The notes below the pieces were generated by a model. It searched no databases. It saw only the letters and a program-made list of their open reading frames with translations, and had not been told where the DNA came from. A DNA stretch of 64,000 nt from an uncultured Acidobacteriota bacterium (lineage in GTDB: Bacteria; Acidobacteriota; Blastocatellia; RBC074), in NCBI GenBank assembly GCA_963796275.1, contig CAWCKY010000006.1, positions 2,368,001 through 2,432,000 of the forward strand, written 5' to 3'. Position numbers and translations under genes: made by a program. Every line of letters begins with the position of its first letter. Position 1 is the first letter of the stretch. Shown here one piece after another: positions 28,729-37,208 of the stretch.

Positions 28729-29310
28729 CTAGCGGAACCTCCGAACTGGAGCGCCCGGCGGCGCCGGAGCGGCTGGCTGCGGCGCGACTGTGCCCGGCTG
28801 CGCCTGGACCCCTTTTCTCGCCCCACGGCGGCGGCGAGGCCGAATGACGACCGGGATGCTCATCCAGACCGGGCGCAGGTATTGCTTGACCTGACCTGAT
28901 TCGCCGATCCCTTCAACGACTTCATAGAGTTGCCCGTCAGGCGCCTGCATTATTCCGTCCTCCGCGCCTGCCAGCCCAGCCTTTCCGAGGATGCTGCAGA
29001 GCTTGGTCCCGATTTGGTAGACCGGCTTCAGCTCCACGCTCTGTTCGGCACATGGGGCTAACTTGGGCAGGCCCTGGCAGAATCCCTTGACGGCCCCTCT
29101 CACTTGTTCGATCACCGGCCCGATCCCCGGGATGAATTTGACGGCTTTGCCGGCCAGTTTCTTGATCCCTTTCCAGAAGCCGATGTCGTTCCCCAGGCCA
29201 TCGACACCTTCCACCCATTCGTATAGCTGTCCGTCCGGTCCCGGGCGGACTTCGCCAACATAGTTGCCGATCCCCAGGACCTGTGTCGTCTCGTAAGATG
29301 CAAAAGGCAT
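28729..29310 (-). CDS. 193-aa protein with duplicated PDGQLYE motif, amphipathic helix and basic tail
   Basis: AGGAG RBS before ATG 29310; PDGQLYEWVEG and PDGQLYEVVEG; GFWKGIKKLAGKAVKF; RPRRRRGARK. Confidence 0.8.
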   Translation of the reverse strand: MPFASYETTQVLGIGNYVGEVRPGPDGQLYEWVEGVDGLGNDIGFWKGIKKLAGKAVKFIPGIGPVIEQVRGAVKGFCQGLPKLAPCAEQSVELKPVYQIGTKLCSILGKAGLAGAEDGIMQAPDGQLYEVVEGIGESGQVKQYLRPVWMSIPVVIRPRRRRGARKGVQAQPGTVAPQPAAPAPPGAPVRRFR

Positions 29311-29320
29311 AAGTCTTCTC

Positions 29321-29848
29321 CTAATCAACCGGAAAATACTGTTTGTGATCTGCCGGCGGCGCCCAACCCATCGAGCGATTGACCGTTGCATCGAGCGGAA
29401 TCCACCGACCTTTGTAAAAAACTTCGAGATAGATATGCGTGAATAACTTCTTCTTCATTGGATTGAATCCAACGAGTACCAGGCGCACCGGATGGCCGAT
29501 AGACTTGAGCATAGAGGAAAGAAGGATCGTCATATCGTCACAATCGCCTGCGCGCAACTCCAGCATCCGTCTCGCCGTGTGTAGAAGCTCGACACGATGA
29601 ATATCCCGCGTGTATCGAACATTGCGTCTCACCCACTCGAAGAGGGCGTGGATCTCCCCCAGATAGTTTTTCGGCCGGATGTCGCATTGGCGCAGAATCT
29701 CGATCGCCGTTTGCCGAACGCCAAAGTCTTTTGCGCCTGCCCTGACCAGATGCGCAATCAACTCGACGGTCTTGATTGTTCCCGGATAGCCTTTGGGGAT
29801 CCGGCCGATGAAGATACGGGGCTGTGTTGAATTCGAGCATTTGTGCAT
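29321..29848 (-). CDS. transglutaminase-like (papain-fold) cysteine protease/transglutaminase
   Basis: VRYTRD, GDCDD (Cys), THIY (His), WIPLDAT (Asp). ATG 29848 with GAGAAGG RBS is preferred over TTG 29908. Confidence 0.85.
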   Translation of the reverse strand: MHKCSNSTQPRIFIGRIPKGYPGTIKTVELIAHLVRAGAKDFGVRQTAIEILRQCDIRPKNYLGEIHALFEWVRRNVRYTRDIHRVELLHTARRMLELRAGDCDDMTILLSSMLKSIGHPVRLVLVGFNPMKKKLFTHIYLEVFYKGRWIPLDATVNRSMGWAPPADHKQYFPVD

Positions 29849-29892
29849 CGCCTTCTCGTTCTTTTGAATGTTCCTGACACCGTGGATAGAGG

Positions 29893-29908
29893 GCAACTGG
29901 AATGCCAA
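29893..29908 (-). promoter_or_regulatory. sigma54 (-24/-12) promoter
   Basis: Minus strand TTGGCAT-TCCAG-TTGC with exact GG-N10-GC spacing, ~45 bp upstream of the first operon gene. Confidence 0.75.
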
Positions 29909-30013
29909 TCGGGGAAGAGTCGTGGAATATCGACATATCTCTAGCGAGAAAAAAGGGTTGACGCTTTGAGCCCGAGAGTTTTAATAGAGAAGGGAAGATC
30001 GCGGAGTCATAAT

Positions 30014-30061
30014 CTCTATGCGTCTCTCCGTGTGTCGACAGACCGGCGGGATGTTGAAGAT
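30014..30061 (+). pseudogene. possible relic of a serine recombinase N-terminus
   Basis: LYASLRVSTDRRDVED is three single-nucleotide changes from the resolvase-like YAYLRVSTDRQDVEN; the rest of the ORF is unrecognisable. Confidence 0.35.
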
Positions 30062-30352
30062 GTTGCGGCAGTGAGGTTTGTGCGGGCGCATAAAAATCGC
30101 CGGGCCCTCAAAATGATGAGCGATCTATCGAACATAATTCTGGAACCTGAATTATTATATCGGGCACAGATCGCCCACGGGATATTGCGGGATCAGGATC
30201 GGGATCGGGAATGCACCGAAAGCTTCTCCTTCACCGAAGGAAAAGGTTTTGCGACGACTTGATGAAGTTGTGGAGCTGGTGGTCGAGACTGTTGAGGTGC
30301 TGAATAATGTCGACCCTGGTTGCCATCTAAAGGAGAGAATCAATAAATCACA

Positions 30353-31999
30353 ATGGTTAAACGACGAGATTTTATACGGATCGGTGTTCTGAGCAGCTTC
30401 GCTGCGGCAATCGGATGCGATCGACATCCGGCGCCGTCATCTTCCGGCGCTCCCAATCAAAGCACGGCGGTCGGTTCATTCGAACTGGATGAGAAGACGA
30501 TTGCCGAGTTGCAGGAAGAGGTGAAGTCCGGCGGTCTGACCGCGCGATCGATCGCTGAAAAGTATTTATCGCGAATCGCGGCCATCGATAAACAAGGGCA
30601 TCGCCTCAATTCGGTCATCGAACTCAATCCCGACGCGCTCTCCATCGCCGATGCGCTCGACGCCGAGCGTAAAGACAAAGGCCCACGCGGCCCACTTCAC
30701 GGTATCCCGGTCTTGCTCAAGGATAACATCGATACGGCGGGTCGAATGTCGACGACCGCCGGATCACTGGGACTTGAAGGTTCGATTGCGCAGCGCGACG
30801 CATTCATCGTGCAGCGGCTGCGCGAAGCCGGCGCCGTCATTCTCGGAAAAACGAACCTCAGTGAATGGGCTAACTTTCGTTCGACCCGCTCCACCAGCGG
30901 ATGGAGCGGTCGAGGTGGTTTAACCCGCAATCCTTATGCGCTCGATCGCAACCCTTGCGGCTCCAGCTCCGGTTCGGGCGTAGCAGTCTCCGCCAATCTT
31001 TGCAGCATAGCGATCGGGACAGAGACCGACGGCTCGATCGTTTGTCCGGCCACCACCAATGGGATTGTGGGGATCAAGCCGACGCTGGGATTGGTCAGCC
31101 GTTCCGGGATCATTCCGATTGCGCATAGTCAGGATACGGCGGGGCCGATGGCGCGCACTGTGTCTGATGCCGCGATTCTATTGGGCGCAATCGTCGGTGT
31201 CGATCCGCGAGATGCCATCACTCAGGAGAGTAACGGCAAATCGTTTACCGATTACACGCGGTTCCTGGATCGCAACGGGTTGCAAGGCGCGCGCATCGGG
31301 GTCGCCCGCAGGTATTTCGGCTTTAACGATGAAGTGGACCGATTAATCAACAATGCGATCGATGCCATGAAACGAGCTGGCGCGACGATAATCGATCCGA
31401 TCAACCTTGCGCCGCCGAAGGAATATGAAGAGTCCGAGCTCGAGGTTTTGTTGTACGAGTTCAAGCATGATCTCAACAAGTATTTGTCGGAGCTCGGCCC
31501 CAAGGCGCGTTTCCATTCGCTCAAAGAGATCATCGAGTTTAACGAGAAGAATCGCAGCCGCGAGATGCCATACTTCGGACAGGAATTGTTACTTCGAGCG
31601 GAAGCGAAAGGTCCTCTGACCAGCCCGGAATATCTCAAGGCGCTTGAGAAGAATCGCCGGCTGTCGCGGACAGAGGGGATCGACGCCTCGATCGACAAAG
31701 ATCGGCTGGACGCGATCGTCGCGCCGACCGGCGGCCCTTCGTGGACGACGGATCTGGTCAACGGCGATCATTTTGCCGGAGGCAGTTCGACGCCGGCTGC
31801 GGTCGCCGGTTATCCGGCTATTAGCGTTCCGGCAGGCTTTATTCATGGGCTTCCGGTCGGGATATCGTTTTTCGGTGCTGCATACAGTGAACCTGCGTTG
31901 ATCAAACTGGCATACGCTTTCGAACAGGCGACCAGACATCGCCGGGCGCCCGGGTTTTTACCAACCCTGGACCTTCAGGCTGTGGGACAGAATGGATAA
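30353..31999 (+). CDS. amidase signature family enzyme, Tat-exported (possible lipoprotein)
   Basis: KRRDFI Tat motif; LLKDNI, GSSSGS, GTETDGSI. Confidence 0.93.
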   Translation: MVKRRDFIRIGVLSSFAAAIGCDRHPAPSSSGAPNQSTAVGSFELDEKTIAELQEEVKSGGLTARSIAEKYLSRIAAIDKQGHRLNSVIELNPDALSIADALDAERKDKGPRGPLHGIPVLLKDNIDTAGRMSTTAGSLGLEGSIAQRDAFIVQRLREAGAVILGKTNLSEWANFRSTRSTSGWSGRGGLTRNPYALDRNPCGSSSGSGVAVSANLCSIAIGTETDGSIVCPATTNGIVGIKPTLGLVSRSGIIPIAHSQDTAGPMARTVSDAAILLGAIVGVDPRDAITQESNGKSFTDYTRFLDRNGLQGARIGVARRYFGFNDEVDRLINNAIDAMKRAGATIIDPINLAPPKEYEESELEVLLYEFKHDLNKYLSELGPKARFHSLKEIIEFNEKNRSREMPYFGQELLLRAEAKGPLTSPEYLKALEKNRRLSRTEGIDASIDKDRLDAIVAPTGGPSWTTDLVNGDHFAGGSSTPAAVAGYPAISVPAGFIHGLPVGISFFGAAYSEPALIKLAYAFEQATRHRRAPGFLPTLDLQAVGQNG

Positions 32000-32030
32000 A
32001 GCAAACTGCCGATTGAGTCGACTGGCGCAG

Positions 32031-34685
32031 TCACTCACTACGCAAAGCCGTCAAAGGGTCGACCTTCGTCGCCCGCCGCGCCGGAATGAAACAGGCTACG
32101 AACGCCACAACCAACAACAGCGATGCGATCACGCCAAACGTCAGCGGGTCGGTCGCGCTCACACCGAACAACAAGGCTTTCATCAACCCCGTCAGCGCAA
32201 AAGAAGCGAGCAATCCGAGCCCTATGCCCACGAGCGTTAACCTCATTCCTCGTTGCACGACAAACCGCAACACGTCGTCGACCTGTGCACCCAACGCCAA
32301 ACGAACGCCGATTTCCGTGGTGTGCTGCGCTACGAAATGAGAGAGCACGCCATATATCCCGACCGCCGCCAGCAACAAAGCCAGACCTGCATAAGTTGTG
32401 AGCAGTACCATTCGCAAACGGCGTTGGACAATCAGTTCATCGATACGTGCTTGCATCGTACGGATATCAGCGGTTGGTAAGTTGGGGTCGATCAATTGAA
32501 TGGTCTGGCGCGCCGCCGATGCAAGTCTCAGCGGATCGTTGGCAGTGCGGACGATCAAATAGCTCGGAATTGAAGAGGAATTATAGAAAGCTTGAGCGTG
32601 CGGCAAGTACAGCTCCGGGCGGATGTCGTCTTCCAGCCCTCTGTGTTTGACATCACCGGCGATGCCAATGATGGTGAGAAGCTGTGGTGCAGATCTTCCC
32701 TGATAATCCTCATCAATCGAGAAGCGTTTTCCCAACGGGTTTTCTTGCGGCCAGAAACGACGCGCCATCGTTTCGTTGATGATGGCAACGGGCTCTGTCT
32801 GCAACGTGTCGCGTTCATCAAATGCGCGTCCCTCCCGAAGCGGGATGCCGAGCGTTGTGAAATAGTCAGAGCTGATCTGGCGATGGCCTGCCTCCAGCGC
32901 CACGCCAGCCTGAGCCGGATGGCCTTCAATAGCGACCGTGTAAATGCCGCCCAGACCCGCCATCGGCAGGCTGCTTGTGTAAGCGGCGGAAACGACGCCG
33001 GGCAGGGCGCGTACGCGTTCGAGCGTCTGCCGGAAAAAGTTCGTGCGCTTCGCGATATCCTCGTAACGCGCGCGTGGCAAGCGTGTCTGCAACGTCAATA
33101 AGCTCTCGGCGCGAAAACCGACATCGATCTGGCGCAAATGGAAAAATGTCCGAACCAACAACCCTGCGCCGATCAGCAAGACCAGGGCCAATGCTACTTC
33201 GACTACCACCAGCGCATTTTGCATCCGGCGATGTCCTGCGCCTGTGCGCGCGCCGCCTTGCTTCAGTGCTTCATTGACATCCAATTGCGTCGCCTGCCAC
33301 GCGGGTGCAAGTCCGAAAAGCACCCCCGTCAATACTGACAGACCCAGCGTGAAGACGAGCACTTGCCCGTTCAATCCCAGGGTCGCAATGCCTATCAATT
33401 CCGGCGGTATCAACTGTCGTAAAACGGCAAAACTCCAGACGGCCACCAGCAGACCGCACACGCCGCCGGTTCCGGCGAGTAGCACGCTTTCCGTCAGTGA
33501 CTGACGCACGATTCGCCAGCGACCCGCGCCGAGCGCCACCCGCACGGCGAACTCTTTGCGACGCGAGGCGGAGCGCGCAAGCAGAAGATTCGCCAGATTC
33601 GCGCAAGCGATCAGCAAGACCAACCCTACGGCCGCCAACAACACCAGTAACGGACGGCGGACATTCCCAGTCAAGTGATCGTGCAGAGGCTGAACGATAG
33701 CGCTGAGTTTGCCCGCTTCGGCCGGATGCTCCCGCGCGATCCGTTGCATCAGCGTTTTGATTTCAGCCTGCGCCATCGCCTCGGTGATGCCCGGTTTCAA
33801 GCGCGCCAGCACGGTCAGGTAATGCCCGGCGCGATAGGCCCGCAGTTGAGGGCTGAATCCTGCGGGCGCCCAAAAACTGGCGTCTGGATTGAGAAACCGG
33901 AAGTCCGCCGGCAGTACCCCGATGACGGTAAACCTCTCGTCATTGAGAATCAGCTCTTTCCCCACTACATCCGCCGTGCCGCCGAACTGCCGGAGCCAAA
34001 GTTCATGGCTGATCAGTAGAACTTTGTTGGCGCCGCGCAAGTACTCGCCGGGCAGGAAGACGCGACCGAGGGGCGGCCTGACGCCGAGGATATCCAGCGC
34101 TTCTCCATCCAACACAGCGAAGCCTTTCAATTTTTCCGGGCCGCCCTCGCCAGTCAGATTCATCTCGCTACCGCTCAACGCCGACATCCGCTCGAAAACC
34201 GTCTGTTGCGCCTTCAGATCGAAATAATTGCCCGGTGCTACGCGTTGCTTGGCTTCTCCATCAGAAGGCGCTTCCTCCCAAATCGTCATGATCTGTTCCG
34301 GCTGTGGAAATGGGAGTGCGCGCAATAATACGGCATTGACAAGAGTGAAGATCGCCGTATTCGCGCCGATCCCCATAGCCAGTGTGAGGACGGCAATAAA
34401 GGTGAAGCCGGGTTGTTTAAGCATGATTTGCGTGCCATAGCGCAAGTCTTGCCACAAATCCTCAATCCACCTAACGCCGCGGGCGTCGCGGCTCAGTTCC
34501 TTCGCCTGCTCCACCCCTCCAAAGGCTTGGCGGGCTGCACATCGCGCCTCCTCCGGATTCATTTTCAGGCGGATGTTCTGTTCGGTTTGCCTATCGATGT
34601 GGTGGCGCAGTTCCTCGTCCAGATCGCGCTCTGCTCGCGATCTGCGCAGTAGCGTCCGCAGTGCCATCTTTATTCTATTCAGCAT
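32031..34685 (-). CDS. ADOP/MacB-FtsX duplicated ABC permease
   Basis: FGGVEQAKE, DLRYG, GIGANTAIF, LLIACANLANLLLAR, PARRATKVDP. Confidence 0.95.
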   Translation of the reverse strand: MLNRIKMALRTLLRRSRAERDLDEELRHHIDRQTEQNIRLKMNPEEARCAARQAFGGVEQAKELSRDARGVRWIEDLWQDLRYGTQIMLKQPGFTFIAVLTLAMGIGANTAIFTLVNAVLLRALPFPQPEQIMTIWEEAPSDGEAKQRVAPGNYFDLKAQQTVFERMSALSGSEMNLTGEGGPEKLKGFAVLDGEALDILGVRPPLGRVFLPGEYLRGANKVLLISHELWLRQFGGTADVVGKELILNDERFTVIGVLPADFRFLNPDASFWAPAGFSPQLRAYRAGHYLTVLARLKPGITEAMAQAEIKTLMQRIAREHPAEAGKLSAIVQPLHDHLTGNVRRPLLVLLAAVGLVLLIACANLANLLLARSASRRKEFAVRVALGAGRWRIVRQSLTESVLLAGTGGVCGLLVAVWSFAVLRQLIPPELIGIATLGLNGQVLVFTLGLSVLTGVLFGLAPAWQATQLDVNEALKQGGARTGAGHRRMQNALVVVEVALALVLLIGAGLLVRTFFHLRQIDVGFRAESLLTLQTRLPRARYEDIAKRTNFFRQTLERVRALPGVVSAAYTSSLPMAGLGGIYTVAIEGHPAQAGVALEAGHRQISSDYFTTLGIPLREGRAFDERDTLQTEPVAIINETMARRFWPQENPLGKRFSIDEDYQGRSAPQLLTIIGIAGDVKHRGLEDDIRPELYLPHAQAFYNSSSIPSYLIVRTANDPLRLASAARQTIQLIDPNLPTADIRTMQARIDELIVQRRLRMVLLTTYAGLALLLAAVGIYGVLSHFVAQHTTEIGVRLALGAQVDDVLRFVVQRGMRLTLVGIGLGLLASFALTGLMKALLFGVSATDPLTFGVIASLLLVVAFVACFIPARRATKVDPLTALRSE

Positions 34686-34707
34686 ACGGTCCCCTAATTC
34701 TGTCAGA

Positions 34708-34806
34708 TCATGCGTCGCGCAAGATCAGCTCGACTGCATGCCGCAGCGCTCGCAATCTCGGCAGGTCGGGCATCCCTTGCAACATATTGGTTTTCTTTTT
34801 CTTCAT
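34708..34806 (-). pseudogene. internally deleted PadR-family regulator
   Basis: MKKKKTNMLQG..DL (PadR N-terminus) is fused to AVELILRDA* (C-terminus) in the usual position upstream of an ADOP permease; GAGAGG RBS. Confidence 0.7.
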
Positions 34807-35699
34807 GTGTCCTCTCGTTTTTCGATAGAGGCGAGGGTAAAGGCTGACCAATCGGCTGTCAATAGGTAGCCGGATGGGAATGGGAGATTCAAGCAGCATG
34901 AATCCGACCGCTCCCAATGTCTTTGCCACCGCTTCGACCAATAACCGGCGTCTCTGGTAGATGAAAGAGAGATTACGGGCCACAATTTTATAGAAAAACA
35001 TTTAAGCGCTGGTCGAGATTTCAATATGACCTCGATCCTCTTCTTCGCGGCTTCCTGACTCAGCCTGGCCCGTTCGGGCCGACGATCAGAAGGCTCGGCA
35101 TGCTGATGTGCCTCGATCATCGGTGGTCGAATCCGTCAAGGGTATCGAAAAGCAGTGGAAGCACATCGCCTCGACAACAGCCCCGTTCAAAGAACGATTT
35201 GTGGCTGAGATCGAGGTGGGCGCCTCTTATTGGTCTCAGAAAGAGGTGAACTTTGGCAAAGCAGTAGCCGCCAATCGTTTAATAAGCTGCGCGAAGCGGA
35301 CGAAATCGCTCCCGACGGTAACAGCCTGATAGTTTTGGATACTGATCAGCGTCAGATATGGCTCCGGTGGGATTCAACCGATAAAATAGCCGCAGACCAA
35401 CACCTGCGTCTGATTAAGGGTGCTGGAAATGAGCCTTCTGAGCGTGTCCTGAGAGCATCGAGAAGCTTTCAGGTGCAAAGCCATCGTTGAAGAAGTAGCT
35501 CTATGCGCCACTCGCATCATTCCAAGTAACTACATCGAGTGGCTAGATAATCCAAAATAACAACTAATTCTTCACACTAAACCGGAGCACCCAAAACGGG
35601 GCAGGCGTTAGTCTGTCCGCTACCTGACTAGCGTGGTCGATGGAAAGGAAAGAGATGGAAACTGGCTGCCTAAAATTTCGATGCGCTTCAGGGACCGCT

Positions 35700-35832
35700 C
35701 TTTTTCGGCGCGACTATCTCCCGACCATCGCCGTGGTATCTCTCGTTCTCCTGGCAGCGGCCGTCCTGGCATGTTCTGTTCCCACGCGTCGCGCGGCGAA
35801 TGTCGATCGGCTCGTGGTTTGCGAAAGGAATA
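35700..35832 (+). pseudogene. second remnant of an ADOP permease 3' end
   Basis: TIAVVSLVLLAAAVLACSVPTRRAANVD. Confidence 0.6.
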
Positions 35833-35905
35833 GGGCGGGATGTCTTACACTCTTTCCGTGATGATATAGCCGGCGTCGCCCACGATCGCATAATGATAAA
35901 TAGCA

Positions 35906-37111
35906 ATGCGTAAGCTTCAACTTCTGGCAGCGATATCTATTCTCTTGGTGGCGCCGTTGGCCGGACAGGAATCTATCATCGTCATTCGGACGGGGATGCT
36001 GCTTGATGGAAAAGGCGGCGCTCAGCGCAACGTGAACATTGTTGTTAAAGGAACGAAGATCGTGAAGATCGCTTCGCAAACGGGCACCCCAACCTACGAT
36101 CTGCGAACGCTCACTGTTTTGCCGGGGTTGATTGATACGCACGTTCACATCAGCTATCACTTCGGCCAGGATGGGCGAGCGAGCTCTCGCGGCGAGACCC
36201 CGGCGCAAGAGGCGTATTACACGGCGGAGAACGCTTACGCGACTTTGATGGCTGGGTTCACCACAGTGCAGAGTGTCGGAGCGGCCTCGGATGTCCCGCT
36301 GCGGGAAGCCATAGCGCGCGGAGCCCTACCCGGCCCGCGCATTCTCACTTCGATACGTAGTCTCAATGAAAATAGCGGGACACCTGACCAACTCCGCGAA
36401 CTTGTCCGCAAGTTAAAGCAGGAAGGCGCGGATGTCGTGAAGATCTTCGCGTCAAAGAGCATCCGAGATGGCGGGGCTCAGACGATGACGGACGAACAAC
36501 TCATGGCGGTTTGCCGTGAAGCGAGGGCGCAGGGACTGCGGACGATGGTTAATGCTCATGCCGCCGGAGCGATCAAAGCAGCCGTCCGCGCGGGTTGCGG
36601 GCAAATCGAGCACGGGATATTCGTGGACGACGAAGCCCTTGAGCTGATGGCTGAACGTGGCGTCTATTTCGATCCGAACATAGGTCTCGTCCTTCAAAAT
36701 TATCTGCGCAACAAATCCAGGTTTCTTGGCATCGGCAACTACACCGAAGACGGTTTCGCCCACATGGAGAAGGCTGTCGCGCTCAACAATGCGATGATCA
36801 AAAAAGCCGTCGCCACGCCCGGGCTGAAACTCGTTTTGGGAACCGACGCCGTCGCGGGCGCGCACGGGCGGAATGCTGACGAGCTAATTGCGCGCGTTCG
36901 CGAAGGCGGTCAGAAGCCTCTGGATGCGATCACCTCGGCAACATCGCTGGCTGCGAAATCGCTCAATCTGGAAAACAGCATCGGCACGCTAGCCCAGGGA
37001 TTTGAAGCCGATCTGATCGCCGTTGATGGCGACCCGACGCGTAACATCACCGCCCTGACGCGTGTCGTCTTCGTGATGAAGGGCGGCAGGGTATATAAAA
37101 ACGCGCATTAA
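35906..37111 (+). CDS. secreted metal-dependent amidohydrolase
   Basis: Signal peptide; PGLIDTHVH, IEHG, GTDA, ADLIAVDGDP. Confidence 0.92.
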   Translation: MRKLQLLAAISILLVAPLAGQESIIVIRTGMLLDGKGGAQRNVNIVVKGTKIVKIASQTGTPTYDLRTLTVLPGLIDTHVHISYHFGQDGRASSRGETPAQEAYYTAENAYATLMAGFTTVQSVGAASDVPLREAIARGALPGPRILTSIRSLNENSGTPDQLRELVRKLKQEGADVVKIFASKSIRDGGAQTMTDEQLMAVCREARAQGLRTMVNAHAAGAIKAAVRAGCGQIEHGIFVDDEALELMAERGVYFDPNIGLVLQNYLRNKSRFLGIGNYTEDGFAHMEKAVALNNAMIKKAVATPGLKLVLGTDAVAGAHGRNADELIARVREGGQKPLDAITSATSLAAKSLNLENSIGTLAQGFEADLIAVDGDPTRNITALTRVVFVMKGGRVYKNAH

Positions 37112-37208
37112 ATGAAAATGAAACCAATCGAGCTTCATTACAACGAAACCGGGTATCTCGAGTGCGAAAATATTTCTTTTCGCCTGTTGCACGCTTCTAA
37201 TCTGTACC

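Noticed and set aside
16941-29908. Calling the cluster an intact prophage, eCIS/T6SS, encapsulin or BMC locus
   Set aside because: No recognisable intact integrase, att sites, replication, terminase/portal, packaging ATPase, sheath/tube/VgrG/baseplate, HK97 or BMC motifs.
29849-29908. ORF-track TTG start for the transglutaminase-like gene, and the extended starts at 29391, 28826, 28407 and 18951
   Set aside because: Downstream ATGs have better RBSs or matching leaders and avoid overlap with upstream genes or the promoter.
30178-30211. Short CGGGAT-like hexamer repeats as activator binding sites
   Set aside because: Only about five imperfect units, not palindromic, ~280 bp from the promoter, with no supporting evidence.
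34803-35490. Short ORFs between the permease and the amidohydrolase
   Set aside because: They may be gene debris, but I cannot assign any family.
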